DNA of 64,000 nucleotides from Alphaproteobacteria bacterium (GTDB taxonomy: Bacteria > Pseudomonadota > Alphaproteobacteria > UBA828), in assembly GCA_963667785.2 (NCBI GenBank), contig CAXXMU010000006.1, positions 1,088,001 to 1,152,000 on the forward strand, in the 5' to 3' direction. Both the position numbers and the translations under genes were made by a program. A model generated the notes under the pieces. That model was not told where the DNA came from. It worked only from the letters and a program-made list of their open reading frames with translations, and did no database searches. Each line of letters opens with the position of its first letter. Positions within the stretch are counted from its first letter, which is position 1. Shown piece after piece: positions 10,273-20,729 of this stretch.

Positions 10273-11237
10273 CGCGAGCGCACGCCCTCGGAGATGCGGA
10301 TCTTGGGGTCGGTGTAGGCGTTGAACACGTCGACCGCGAGGTTCACCAGCACGAAGGCGACCGCGATGATCAGCGAGGCGCCCTGGATGGTGGGGATGTC
10401 GCGCGCCTGGATCGCCTGCCAGAGCTGATAGCCGATCCCCGGCCAGGCGAAGATGACCTCGACGAAGAGCACCCCGCCCAGCAGGTAGCCGAGCTGCAGC
10501 CCGCAGATCGTGGCGATGGGCGGGAGCGCGTTGCGAAGCGCGTGCTTGCGCAGGATCACCCCGCGCCGGATGCCCTTGGCGCGAGCGACCTTGATGTAGT
10601 TCTGGCTCAGGATCTCGAGCATGGTCGCGCGTACGGTGCGCGCGATGATCGCCGCCGGCGCCGCGCCGGCGGCGATGGTTGGCAGGATCAGATGCAGGAT
10701 CACGTCGATCGGCCCGCCGCCGCCGACGATCTTGGTCATGCCCGTCGCCGGCAGCCAGCGCCAGGTCAGCGAGAACAGCAGCACCAGCAGCAGCCCGAAC
10801 CAGTAGGGCGGGATGCTGCCGAACATGAGGGTGCCGGCGATGGTAAATCGGTCGAAATAGCCGTAGGGCCTGGACGCCGCGAATATGCCGGCGAAGAGCC
10901 CGATGACATAGGCAAGCGCTGCGCTGGTGAGCGCGAGGATCGCGGAGTTCGCGAACTTCGGGAAGATCAGCTCGGCGACCATGCGCCGGTTGGCAATGGA
11001 CTTGCCGAACTCGCCCTGGAGGATGTGGCTCAGCCACTTGCCGTACTGGACCGGGAGCGGCTCGTTGAGCCCGAGGGACTCGCGGATCTGCTCGCGCACC
11101 TCCTCGGTGGCGTAGGGGCCCGTCAGCGTGGTGGTGACGTCGCCGGGCGCGAGATGGGCAAGAATGAAGACGAAGAACGACACCCCGAACATGATCGGGA
11201 TGATCGTGAGGAGGCGCATGACGATGAACCGCGTCAT
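10269..11237 (-). CDS. Peptide ABC transporter permease (DppB-like)
   Basis: Motifs LGLNEPLPVQY and ARAKG..KHALRNALPP. Confidence 0.93.
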   Translation of the reverse strand: MTRFIVMRLLTIIPIMFGVSFFVFILAHLAPGDVTTTLTGPYATEEVREQIRESLGLNEPLPVQYGKWLSHILQGEFGKSIANRRMVAELIFPKFANSAILALTSAALAYVIGLFAGIFAASRPYGYFDRFTIAGTLMFGSIPPYWFGLLLVLLFSLTWRWLPATGMTKIVGGGGPIDVILHLILPTIAAGAAPAAIIARTVRATMLEILSQNYIKVARAKGIRRGVILRKHALRNALPPIATICGLQLGYLLGGVLFVEVIFAWPGIGYQLWQAIQARDIPTIQGASLIIAVAFVLVNLAVDVFNAYTDPKIRISEGVRSR

Positions 11238-11374
11238 GGGGCGGCGGCGCCTCCCGTTGGTGAGCGAAGCGTCACGGTAGCGGACTCTCGGTCGCCGCGG
11301 CGCCGGCCCGCGCCGCAGGCAGCCGGCCGCCGGGCACTACGCCCGGCGGCCCCACTCGCTGCTGTCAGCGATCC

Positions 11375-12973
11375 CTACTCCTCGACGTGGGGCAGGGTGA
11401 AGTCGTACCAGTTCTCCTGGCCGTTGACGAAGCCCTTCACGTTGGGCGCCAGCAGGATCGGATTGGCGTAGCTGAACACCGGGAGGAAGGCGACGTCTTC
11501 CTCCATGATGATGCGGTTGGCCTCGCGATAGAGCTTCGTGGCCTCGGCCTGATCCTTGGTCTGGATCGCCTGCTGATAGAGCGCATCGACCGCCTCGTTG
11601 CAGTACCAGCCGCCGTTGATGCCGTTCGGCGGATGATGGTCGCAACGGGTGGCGTGGGCGGTCCAGTAAGGCACCGACCAGCCCCAGCCCATGCTGTTCA
11701 TCGCCACGGTCTCGGGCATGCCCTGGAGCCACTTGCCGAGGTAGGTCATCCACTCCAGCTTCTCCAGCTTGAGGTCGATGCCGATCTTCTTGAGATCGCG
11801 CTGGACCCACTTCTCCCAGGCCTCGTTCCAGCCGTAGTCGAAGATCTCGAAGGTGAGCTCCAGCCCGTCCCCGTAGCCGGCCTCGGCCAGCAGCGCCTTC
11901 GCACCCTCGGGATCGTACGGATAGGGCGCGTAGTCGGGATCGTAGGCGAAGGTGCCGGCGGAGAGCATGCCGTGCTCGGCCTTGCCGGTGCCTCTCAGCA
12001 CCTCGCGGGCCACGCCTTCGCGGTCGATCGCCATGTTGATCGCCCTGCGCACGCGTACGTCCTGAAGCGCCGGGTGCTTCATGTTGAACGCGGCGTACCA
12101 GACCGAAGGCACGTTGGGCTGCAGCAGGAGCTGGAAGCCCTCGTCCACCAGGTTCTCGATCTCGTCCCAGGTGGGCTCGGTGACCATGTTGATCTCGCCG
12201 GCCCGAAGCGCCGCGATACGCGTCGCGGGGTCGGTGATCTGGCGATAGACCATGTAGTCGAGCTTCGCCGGCTCGCCGTAATAGTCCTCGTTGCGCTCGA
12301 GCACGACCATCACGTCGATCTCGCGCTCGACGAACTTGAACGGCCCGGTGCCGACCGGATGAAGCGCGATGTCCTGATCGCCGTGAATCTCCCACGCGGT
12401 CGGGCTGATCATCTCCGGCTGCCCGCAGGAGGACTGGCCGATCTGCAGCCACTCGTAGTGCGGCTGGGTGAGCACGATCTCGAAGGTGTGCTCGTCGACC
12501 GCGCGGGTGGACGCGATCCAGCGCGCGTAGAAGTTCAGGTAGGCGTTGGCGACCTCGTTGTACTGCGGCGCGTCGGGGTTGGAGAAGCGGTCGTAGTTCC
12601 ACTTCGCCACCTCGGCGTTGAACGGCGTGCCGTCGTGGAAATTCACGCCCTTGCGCAGGTTGAAGGTATAGGTCTTGCCGTCCTCGGAGACGGTCCAGGA
12701 CTCGGCGAGAGCCGGCCTGAGCGTCGCCCACCCCTTCTCCGGCTTGCCGAGCTCCAGCTCGACCAGGCCGTCGAAGATCATGTGGGTGGCGTTCTTCGTG
12801 AGCCAGCCGCAGGACTGCGGCGGGTCGAACAGGCTCATCGCCGCCGGTATCGACCAGATCAGCGTTCCGCCTTCGGCCTTGGCGGACTTGGTGTCGAGCG
12901 CGCCCAGCGCCATGGAGACGCCGGCTACGGTCACGGCGCCTGCCACGGCCACCGTTCGCAACGATCGAAACAT
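11375..12973 (-). CDS. Family 5 ABC substrate-binding protein
   Basis: Signal peptide; motifs LAESWTVSEDGKTYTFNLRKGVNFHDG, GTGPFKF and VRRAINMAIDR. Confidence 0.93.
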   Translation of the reverse strand: MFRSLRTVAVAGAVTVAGVSMALGALDTKSAKAEGGTLIWSIPAAMSLFDPPQSCGWLTKNATHMIFDGLVELELGKPEKGWATLRPALAESWTVSEDGKTYTFNLRKGVNFHDGTPFNAEVAKWNYDRFSNPDAPQYNEVANAYLNFYARWIASTRAVDEHTFEIVLTQPHYEWLQIGQSSCGQPEMISPTAWEIHGDQDIALHPVGTGPFKFVEREIDVMVVLERNEDYYGEPAKLDYMVYRQITDPATRIAALRAGEINMVTEPTWDEIENLVDEGFQLLLQPNVPSVWYAAFNMKHPALQDVRVRRAINMAIDREGVAREVLRGTGKAEHGMLSAGTFAYDPDYAPYPYDPEGAKALLAEAGYGDGLELTFEIFDYGWNEAWEKWVQRDLKKIGIDLKLEKLEWMTYLGKWLQGMPETVAMNSMGWGWSVPYWTAHATRCDHHPPNGINGGWYCNEAVDALYQQAIQTKDQAEATKLYREANRIIMEEDVAFLPVFSYANPILLAPNVKGFVNGQENWYDFTLPHVEE

Positions 12974-13098
12974 GTGTGATCTCCCTCCCAGTCTCATGCG
13001 TGCCGCAGGCAGTCTCCTCGTCCGCCCGCTGGCGCGCCCGCAGCGTACAACCGACCGCCGCCGCCCCCAAGGGGCGAATTGCGCCCGGCACGCCCCGC

Positions 13099-14535
13099 TC
13101 AGAGCGGCGGGCGGTGGTGCGCCCAGGGCCGCGCGCGCTCGTAGTCGGCGGCGGCGCGGAAGACCGATACGTCGTCATAGGTGCGGCCCACGATCTGGAC
13201 GCCGGTCGGCACCCCGTTCGAGCCGAAACCGCTCGGCACGCTCGCCACCGGGCACTCGGCCATCAGGTTGAACGGATAGTTGAGCTGCCACTGCACGTAG
13301 AGGTCGCCGGGGTGGTTGGAGCCGGTGAGCGGCTTGCCGTTGATGCGGAGTTCGGTGTCGCTCAGATCCTGGTCGATGGGCAGCCCCGGCAGCGCGTTGG
13401 TCGGGCAGATCAGGATGTCGTGCTCCTCCAGGATGGGCGCGAGGGTGCGGTACATCTCTCCGCGCACCAGATTGGTGCGGTAGAAGCGCGAGAGGCTGTG
13501 CTGGGCGCCGCGCTCGAGGATGCCGCGCACGAAGCCTTCGAGGTCGTACTTCAGGCGCGGATAGTCCGGGCCCACCAGTGCCCAGAAGAGCCCTTCCCAG
13601 ATGACGGTCCAGGCGTCGAGCACGGCCGTGCTCCAGCCGAGCTCCACCTCGTTCACCGTGCAGCCGAGGTCCTTGAAGGTCTGCAGCGCATCGCGCGTGT
13701 TCGCCTGGACCTCTTCGTCCACTTCGATGTAGCCGAGGTCCATGGAGAACGCGATCTTCCACCCCTTGATCGGCTCCAGCGTGTCCGGAATCTCGAGCTT
13801 GGGACGGATCGAGCAGATGTCGTCCGGGTGGGGACCCGCCATCACGTTCTGCATCAGGGCGGCGTCGGCGACGCTGCGGGTCATGGGGCCGTAGTGCAGG
13901 AGGGATTCGCGCGGATGGTCGCGGTCGGTGGGGTTGCGGCCGAAGGGCGGCTTGAAGCCGAATATGCCGCAGGAGCCGGCGGGGATGCGGATCGAGCCGC
14001 CGCCGTCGGTGCCGTCGGCGAGCGTGGTCATGCCGGTGGCGATCGCCGCGCCCGCGCCGCCCGAGGAGCCGCCCGGGCCATAGTCGAGATTCCACGGATT
14101 GCGGGTGGCGCCCCAGAGCTCGCTTCGCGTGTGCGGCGCGTGGGCCATTTCCGGCGTGGTCGTACGCGCATGCATGATCCCGCCGGCGTCGAGCAGGCGC
14201 TCCACCGTCGGCGCCGAGAAGTCGGGCACGTGGTCGGCGAAGATGCGCGAGCCGAAGGTGGTGATCTCGCCCTTGACCGGGTGGAAGTCCTTGATGACGA
14301 CCGGCACCCCTTCCAGCGGGCGCGTCTCGGCCCCCGACGCGTAGGCCTGCTCTGCCGCCCGCGCCTGCTCCAGCGCGCGCTCGTAGAAGGTGTAGGTGTA
14401 GGCGTTGACCTTGGGATTCACCTCCTCCGAGCGGGCGATGACGGCGGACACGAGCTCGACCGGCGAAAGCGTCTTCGCCCGGAACCGCCCGATCGCCTCG
14501 GTTGCGGTCATGTAGCAGAGTTCGTCGGTTGCCAT
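13099..14535 (-). CDS. Amidase signature family enzyme
   Basis: Lys/cis-Ser/Ser triad motifs IKD, GGSSGG and DGGGSIRIPA. Confidence 0.92.
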   Translation of the reverse strand: MATDELCYMTATEAIGRFRAKTLSPVELVSAVIARSEEVNPKVNAYTYTFYERALEQARAAEQAYASGAETRPLEGVPVVIKDFHPVKGEITTFGSRIFADHVPDFSAPTVERLLDAGGIMHARTTTPEMAHAPHTRSELWGATRNPWNLDYGPGGSSGGAGAAIATGMTTLADGTDGGGSIRIPAGSCGIFGFKPPFGRNPTDRDHPRESLLHYGPMTRSVADAALMQNVMAGPHPDDICSIRPKLEIPDTLEPIKGWKIAFSMDLGYIEVDEEVQANTRDALQTFKDLGCTVNEVELGWSTAVLDAWTVIWEGLFWALVGPDYPRLKYDLEGFVRGILERGAQHSLSRFYRTNLVRGEMYRTLAPILEEHDILICPTNALPGLPIDQDLSDTELRINGKPLTGSNHPGDLYVQWQLNYPFNLMAECPVASVPSGFGSNGVPTGVQIVGRTYDDVSVFRAAADYERARPWAHHRPPL

Positions 14536-14704
14536 CGAAGCCTCCAGTTGTCGGTCCATCGGGTTTCAGGGCCGAGCATATCCGCAAGCAGGCCCGGGCG
14601 AAGACCGATTTCTCGCCCGGCTGCGGGAGCGGCTGGGGCGGCGGTTGCGCCGGCGGCCGATCCGCGCGAGCCTCGGGCGATCTCAACCCTCGGGAGGCGG
14701 TGTC

Positions 14705-15367
14705 ATGGCGGCGAAGCGTGTGGTGTTGACCGGCTACGAGCCCTGGTCTCATGCGAGCGAGAACCCCACCCTCGAGCTGCTCGACAGGGCGCGGGAGCGC
14801 AACTTCGCCGACATCGAGCTGATCGCGCTCCGCGTGCCGGTGGACAGCACGCAGATCGTGCCGCTGGTGGCCGAAGCCCTCGACACTCACCGGCCGGACA
14901 TTTGGATCAGCCTCGGGCTCTTCCCCGGCAGCCCGGTCGTCGCGGTCGAGCGCACGGCGGCCAACGTCAAGGACTTCCCGGTGCCGGACAATGTCGAGGC
15001 CCAGCCGGTCGACGAGCCGGTGTTCGCGGACGCCCCCTTCGCCTACCGCTCGACGCTGCCGATCAAGGCCATGGTGGCGGAGATGAACGCACGCGCGATC
15101 CCGGCCAAGGTCTCGAATTCGGCGTCGACCTACCTCTGCAATCAGATCATGTACGCGGCGCTCCATCTCGCGCAGGAAAAGGCGCTCGCGACACGCGCGG
15201 GCTTCATCCACGTGCCCTGCAGCCCGGGCTACGTCGCCCGCGCCGCCTATCCCGAGCACGAACTGCCATCGATGAGCCTCGACCTGATGGCCGAGGCGGT
15301 CGATGCGGCCATCACCACGGCGGCAGGACGCGAGGACGACATCGCGATCCCGCCCAAGGGGTACTAG
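14705..15367 (+). CDS. pcp: Pyroglutamyl-peptidase I (C15)
   Basis: Motifs VLTGYEPW..NPT, VERTAAN, TYLCNQ and GFIHVP. Confidence 0.9.
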   Translation: MAAKRVVLTGYEPWSHASENPTLELLDRARERNFADIELIALRVPVDSTQIVPLVAEALDTHRPDIWISLGLFPGSPVVAVERTAANVKDFPVPDNVEAQPVDEPVFADAPFAYRSTLPIKAMVAEMNARAIPAKVSNSASTYLCNQIMYAALHLAQEKALATRAGFIHVPCSPGYVARAAYPEHELPSMSLDLMAEAVDAAITTAAGREDDIAIPPKGY

Positions 15368-15397
15368 CCCGCGTTTCTCGCCAGGATCACGGCCGGC

Positions 15398-15693
15398 CAA
15401 CGCGCGGCCGGGCCGCGCGACGACGACGACGCCGGGCCGTGACGGGCAGGAGTGCTCTTCCCCGGCGACGCCCCGGACCATGGTGCGCTGCACCGGTCGT
15501 GCCTCCGGTGCCAGTCTCGGCCCATGCGGCGCGAGAGCGAGCCTTGGCGGGCGGCGGCGGAATCGGCGGGCGTCCTGCGCCGGGCGCTGCGGCGGGGGGA
15601 GGCCCTGCCGGGAGCGCGCCACCGCCGGGCGCCGGCTTTGCCCCTTGTGTCGGTTTGTGCCGCATAAAATAAATTTGTTGGTGTGCCACTTCG
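15398..15693 (+). repeat. ~300-bp direct repeat, copy 2
   Basis: Matches 6966-7303, including the DMT-tail-like ccgcgcgacgacgac...ccgtga and the terminal GTGTGCCACTTCG. Confidence 0.9.
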
Positions 15694-15774
15694 AGGCGCC
15701 GTGAGGGCCGGCGGCCCCGCGTGGCCGGGGTGGCGCCGGGGCGCTATGGTGGTGCGCTCGCCCGAGAGGTGCCC

Positions 15775-16221
15775 ATGCTGACCGCTGAGATGCAGACCCT
15801 GATCAGGACCTTCTCCGCCGGCGCGGTGGCGACCGTGAACGCCGACGGCACGCCGTCGGTCTCGCCCAAGGCGACATTCGTGATCCTGAACGCGCAGATG
15901 CTTGCCTTCGGCCATATCCGCTCGCCGGGGACCGTCGCCAACCTGCGCCGCAACCCGGCGGTCGAGGTCTGCTTCACCGACATCGTGAGGCGCAGGGCCG
16001 TGCGGGTCGGCGGCACCGCTGCTGTGGTCCGTCGCGGCGACGCGGATGCCGCTCTCGACGCCGCCTTCGATGCGGCATGGGGCCTCTACCGGCCGCACAT
16101 GGGCGCCTACGTGACGATCGCCGTGACGGCGGCCGAGATGATCCTCTCGCCCGCCTACGATCTCGGCCTGAGCGAGGACGAGCTGCGAAGGACCAACCTC
16201 GAGAAGCTCAACGCGCTCTGA
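15775..16221 (+). CDS. Pyridoxamine 5'-phosphate oxidase-like FMN-binding protein
   Basis: Motifs VATVNADGTPSVSPK and TVANLRRNP. Confidence 0.82.
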   Translation: MLTAEMQTLIRTFSAGAVATVNADGTPSVSPKATFVILNAQMLAFGHIRSPGTVANLRRNPAVEVCFTDIVRRRAVRVGGTAAVVRRGDADAALDAAFDAAWGLYRPHMGAYVTIAVTAAEMILSPAYDLGLSEDELRRTNLEKLNAL

Positions 16222-16355
16222 CGCTGCGTCTCCCTGCTCCCAAGAGTGCCCGCCGCCATCGCCGGCGGCTCCGCCGGTCGCCTGCGCGGGGCACCGGCCG
16301 GATCAGCGCGATTCCAATCCGCCGCCGATCGCTCTACCATTCCGGACGACGTGCG

Positions 16356-16511
16356 AGAGCGGGTCCGTCTGTGACGGACCCGCGACAGGCCGCGACCGCG
16401 GCCCGCCGCTCATGCGGTGCGCTCGCATCGTGCGCTCGGCGCGCGTGGGCGCGCGACGGCGCCGACCGGCGCGCGGAATCGCGGGACGGTCGGCTGCCGT
16501 GAGCGACAAAG
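16356..16511. repeat. RIME/MITE-like palindromic repeat, copy 2 (inverted relative to copy 1)
   Basis: Blocks cgcgacaggccgcgac and ggctgccgtgagcgacaaag match the reverse complement of 5920-6057. Confidence 0.68.
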
Positions 16512-16527
16512 TGCCGGGGAGGACGCG

Positions 16528-17109
16528 ATGAAGACCATCGAGATCACAGCGGAAGAGATGGAGGGCCGGATCGCCCGTTACGACGCGCTGGAGCCGCTGC
16601 CGATCCAGCAGGACCCGGAGATCCCGCAGGAAGCCAACGACGTCATCTACGCGCGCAAGCTGCTCTCCGTCATCGGGCTCGGCGGCGACGTGGACACGCC
16701 GATCAACACGGGCGCGCCCATCGTGGATGCCGCCGGCATGACCATGACGCTCGCGGTCTGCCCGCCGGGGCAGGGGCCCTCGCTGCACGCCCATCACCAG
16801 ACCTACGAGACCTTCACCGTGCTCAAGGGCCGCTTCGAGGTGAGCTGGAACGACGACGGCAGCGAGCGGGTCGAGCTCGACGAGTTCGACACCATCTCGG
16901 TGCCTCCCAGGGTCAACCGCGCCTTCCGCAATATCGGCGAGAGCGAGGGCGTGCTGCAGGTGCTGATCACCGGCGGCGTGCACGACATGACCGATATCGA
17001 CATGGCGCCGTCCACCGCCGTCAGGCTCGATGCCATCCAGCCGGGCGTGAAGGAGAAGTTCGCGGCCAAGGGCCTCACCTTCACCGCCCGGAAGAGCGAG
17101 GCCGCCTGA
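16528..17109 (+). CDS. Cupin-domain protein
   Basis: Motifs PGQGPSLHAH..TYETF.VL.G and VPP.VNRAFRN. Confidence 0.85.
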   Translation: MKTIEITAEEMEGRIARYDALEPLPIQQDPEIPQEANDVIYARKLLSVIGLGGDVDTPINTGAPIVDAAGMTMTLAVCPPGQGPSLHAHHQTYETFTVLKGRFEVSWNDDGSERVELDEFDTISVPPRVNRAFRNIGESEGVLQVLITGGVHDMTDIDMAPSTAVRLDAIQPGVKEKFAAKGLTFTARKSEAA

Positions 17110-17138
17110 GCGGCACGCACGCGCGGGAGGGAGCCGCC

Positions 17139-18140
17139 ATGGAAAGCGTTCGTATCGGGGTGATCGGCCTCGGCTGGTTCGGCGAGGTCCATTGCGACGC
17201 GATCCAGGCAACGCCGGGCCTGGAGCTCGCCGGCCTCTGCACCCGCACCGAATCGCGGCTCGCGGAACTCGGCCGCAAGTACGGCGTCGACGTGCTGGAG
17301 ACCGATTACCGGGCGCTGCTCGCCCGCGACGATCTCGATGCGGTCAGCGTCGTCACCATGTGGGACCAGCACACGGAGCCGACGCTGGATGCGCTCGCGG
17401 CGGGCAAGCACGTCTTCCTCGAGAAGCCGATGGCGTCGACGGTGGACGACTGCGCGAAGATCGTGGCGGCGGCGGACGCGGCGCCGGGCTTCCTCATGGT
17501 GGGCCACATCTGCCGCTTCAACCCGCGCTACGCCGCGGCCAAGCGCGAGATCGAGGCGGGCAACATCGGGCGCATCGTGGCGCTCAGCTCGCGCCGCAAC
17601 ATCCCGGCGGCGTGGACGCCGGAGATCCTGAACAAGATCGGGCCGATCATCGGCGACGCCATCCACGACACCGACCTGATGCTGTGGTTCACCGGCGCCA
17701 GCGTGGTGAGCGCCTACGCGCAGACGGTGGACGTGCGGGGCCTGAAGCATCCCGACATCGGCCAGACCATGTACCGCTTCGATTCAGGCGCCACGGCGAC
17801 GCTGGAGACGGTCTGGTGCATGCCGGAGAAGACCCCCTTCGACATCGACGAGCGCATGTCGATCATCGGCACCGAGGGCTTCATCCACATCCAGGACACC
17901 TTCCCCAACATCGGCATCTGCACCAAGGACGGCTTCAGGAGCCCGGACACCACCTACTGGCCGGCGCTGCACGGCGCGCTCTCGGGCGCGCTCCGCGAGG
18001 AGTTCCTCTACTTCGCCCGCTGCGTCCGGGAGGGCACGCCGCCCAGCATCATCACGCCGGAGGAATCGATGGCGGCGGTGAGGACCACGCTCGCCGCCGA
18101 GCGTTCGGCGGCCACCGGCGAGGTGGTCCGGCTCGACTAG
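17139..18140 (+). CDS. Gfo/Idh/MocA NAD(P)-dependent oxidoreductase
   Basis: Motifs GLGWFG, GKHVFLEKPMA and IHDTDL. Confidence 0.92.
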   Translation: MESVRIGVIGLGWFGEVHCDAIQATPGLELAGLCTRTESRLAELGRKYGVDVLETDYRALLARDDLDAVSVVTMWDQHTEPTLDALAAGKHVFLEKPMASTVDDCAKIVAAADAAPGFLMVGHICRFNPRYAAAKREIEAGNIGRIVALSSRRNIPAAWTPEILNKIGPIIGDAIHDTDLMLWFTGASVVSAYAQTVDVRGLKHPDIGQTMYRFDSGATATLETVWCMPEKTPFDIDERMSIIGTEGFIHIQDTFPNIGICTKDGFRSPDTTYWPALHGALSGALREEFLYFARCVREGTPPSIITPEESMAAVRTTLAAERSAATGEVVRLD

Positions 18141-18230
18141 GCACCTGGCCGGCGGCGCATTGACGCGCTTCTGCCTTCGGGCGAGCATGAACGGCCCCGC
18201 GAGCGCGCGGGACTCAGGGAGGATCGGGAC

Positions 18231-19505
18231 ATGACGCGCACCCTGTTCACCAACGTCAGCATCTACGACGGCAACGGCAAGAGGCCCTTTCGGGGCGAGG
18301 TGTCGATCCAGGGCAACCGCATCGAGAAGGTCGCGAGAAACGGCCAGAAGCTCTCCCGCCGGGGCGCCCAGGTGGTGGACGGCGACGGCGCCACGCTGAT
18401 GCCGGGGCTCGTCAACGCCCATTGCCACATGAGCTACACCGGGCCGGACTCGATGTCCGAGATCCCGCCCGAGGAGCACACGCTCATCACCATGCACAAC
18501 GCGCGCACGATCATCGATCACGGCGTGACGGCGGCGGTCGGCGCGGGCGCGGCCAAGCCCCGCCTCGACATCGTGATCCGGAACGAGATCGACGCCGGCC
18601 GCATCCCCGGCCCCCGCTACCGGGCCTGCTCGCCCGAGATCACCGTCACCGGCGGCCTCGGCGACCAGCGCATGCTGCACCACTACAAGAACGACCTCTC
18701 GCTCTTCGCCGACGGGCCGGAGGAGATCCGCCGCGCCTGCCGCGAGATGATCCGCGAGGGGGTGGACATCATCAAGCTCATGCCGTCGGGCGACCATCTG
18801 ATCCCCGGCGCCTGCGATGCGACCCAGAGCGCGATGGACGAGGACGAGATCGCCGCCGGCGCCCGCGTCGCCCATCAGCGGGGCCGCCGGCTCGCGGCGC
18901 ATGCACGCAACCCGGAATCGATCCGGCTCTGCATCAAGTACGGCATCGAGCTGATCTTTCACGCGACCTACGCGGACGAGGAATCCCTCGACCTGCTGGA
19001 AGAACACAAGAACAAGCACTGGGTCGTGCCGGCCATCGGCTTCACCCATGCGACCGCCTACGAGGCCGGCGACTTCGGCATCACGCCTGCCGAAGCGGAG
19101 TCATGGGGCTTCGTCCGCGAGCTCGAGATCGGGGCCGAGACGCTCAAGAAGATGCACGCGCGCGGCATCAAGGTGCTGCCCTTCGGCGACTACGGCTTCC
19201 CCTGGACGCCGCACGGCCAGATGGCGCGGGACTTCGAGCACTTCACCAACTATCTCGGCATGAAGCCTTACGAGATCCTGCGCGCCGCGACCCAGTACGG
19301 CGCCGAGGCCTTCGACGCGCCGGACGAGCTCGGGCGGATCAAGGCGGGCTATCTCGCCGACCTGCTGCTGATCGACGGCAATCCGCTGGCCGACCTGACG
19401 CTCTTCCAGGACGAGGCGAACATCCTGATGGTCATGAAGGACGGCGCCTATCACAAGCCGCCTCAGGCGCGGCAGAGGGTCGTGCAGCAGGCCGCGGCGG
19501 AATAG
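18231..19505 (+). CDS. Metal-dependent amidohydrolase (prolidase-like subtype)
   Basis: Motifs MPGLVNAHCH, DIIKL, AAHA and GYLADLLLIDGNPL. Confidence 0.88.
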   Translation: MTRTLFTNVSIYDGNGKRPFRGEVSIQGNRIEKVARNGQKLSRRGAQVVDGDGATLMPGLVNAHCHMSYTGPDSMSEIPPEEHTLITMHNARTIIDHGVTAAVGAGAAKPRLDIVIRNEIDAGRIPGPRYRACSPEITVTGGLGDQRMLHHYKNDLSLFADGPEEIRRACREMIREGVDIIKLMPSGDHLIPGACDATQSAMDEDEIAAGARVAHQRGRRLAAHARNPESIRLCIKYGIELIFHATYADEESLDLLEEHKNKHWVVPAIGFTHATAYEAGDFGITPAEAESWGFVRELEIGAETLKKMHARGIKVLPFGDYGFPWTPHGQMARDFEHFTNYLGMKPYEILRAATQYGAEAFDAPDELGRIKAGYLADLLLIDGNPLADLTLFQDEANILMVMKDGAYHKPPQARQRVVQQAAAE

Positions 19506-19520
19506 GCCTGCGCGCTCGCG

Positions 19521-20693
19521 ATGGCGGCGCCGGAGAGGGAGACTCTGCTCGCCCGCGCGGAAGCGCTGATCCCCGTACTGCGCGAGCGCGCGCCTGCGGC
19601 CGAGAAGCTCAGGCGGATTCCCGACGAGACCATCGCCGACCTCATCGACAGCGGGCTCATCCGCGCGACCCTGCCCGCCCGCCTCGGCGGCGCCGAGGTG
19701 GACTACCGCACGATGATGGAGCTGGTGGCGCTCGTCTCCCGCGGCTGCGCCTCCACCGGCTGGGTCTACTGCAACCTCGCGAGCTGCACCTTCAAGCTCG
19801 CGCTCTGGCCCGCGCAGGCGCAGGACGAGATCTGGGACGCGGACAAGGACGCGCTGCTCACCGGCAACCTGATCTTCCCCTGCGGCAAGGCGACACGGAC
19901 CGAGGGCGGCTATCGCCTCAGCGGGCGCTGGCCCTTCGGCAGCGGCATCGACCATGCCTGCGCCAACTTCTTCGCCGCCATGGTGGTCGACAAGGAACCG
20001 CAGGAGTTCCGCCTCTTCCTGGTGCCGAAGGGCGAGTACACCGTCCTCGACACATGGCACGCCTCCGGCCTGCGCGGCACCGGCAGCAACGACGCGGCGG
20101 TGGACAACCTGTTCGTACCCGCCTACCGCACGATCGACGCGGCGGCGACGCGCAGCGGCGCGGCACCCGGCAACGCGGTGAACACCGGCGCGGTCTATCG
20201 CCTGCCGCTCTTCGCCATGTTCTTCACCTGGGTCGGCGCCGCCGTGCTGGGCATCGCCGAGGCGGCGGTGGAGGGCTATGTGGAGGCCACCCGCACCCGC
20301 GCCGCGCACTATTCCGGGCAGCGCATCGCCGAGCTCGGCACCATCCAGGTGAAGATCGCCGAGGCCCGGTCTGCGGTGGCGGCGGCCAGGCGCATCTATC
20401 TCGGCAACTGCGACGAGGCGAAGGCGATCGCGGAGACGGGCGCGCTGCCGGATGAAGAGACCCGCGCCCGCTACCGGGCCGAGGGTGCCTTTGCGGCCAA
20501 GCTCTGCTGCCAGGCGGTCGACCTGATCGTGGCGGCGAGCGGCGGCGGCGGCGTCTACGACCGCAACCCCCTCTCCCGCGCCTTTCGCGACATCCACGCA
20601 GGCGCCGCCCACATCACCCAGACCTGGGACCCCAACGCCGTCACCTACGGCCGGCTCTCTCTCGGGCTCGAGACCGACAACCCGCTGCTTTGA
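19521..20693 (+). CDS. HsaA/DszC-like flavin-dependent monooxygenase (acyl-CoA dehydrogenase fold)
   Basis: Motifs GRWPFGSG, W..SGLRGTGSND and RAFRDIHA. Confidence 0.85.
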   Translation: MAAPERETLLARAEALIPVLRERAPAAEKLRRIPDETIADLIDSGLIRATLPARLGGAEVDYRTMMELVALVSRGCASTGWVYCNLASCTFKLALWPAQAQDEIWDADKDALLTGNLIFPCGKATRTEGGYRLSGRWPFGSGIDHACANFFAAMVVDKEPQEFRLFLVPKGEYTVLDTWHASGLRGTGSNDAAVDNLFVPAYRTIDAAATRSGAAPGNAVNTGAVYRLPLFAMFFTWVGAAVLGIAEAAVEGYVEATRTRAAHYSGQRIAELGTIQVKIAEARSAVAAARRIYLGNCDEAKAIAETGALPDEETRARYRAEGAFAAKLCCQAVDLIVAASGGGGVYDRNPLSRAFRDIHAGAAHITQTWDPNAVTYGRLSLGLETDNPLL

Positions 20694-20729
20694 CCCCGCC
20701 CGTCGCGGCGGCTGCGCAGGCGCGACCGA

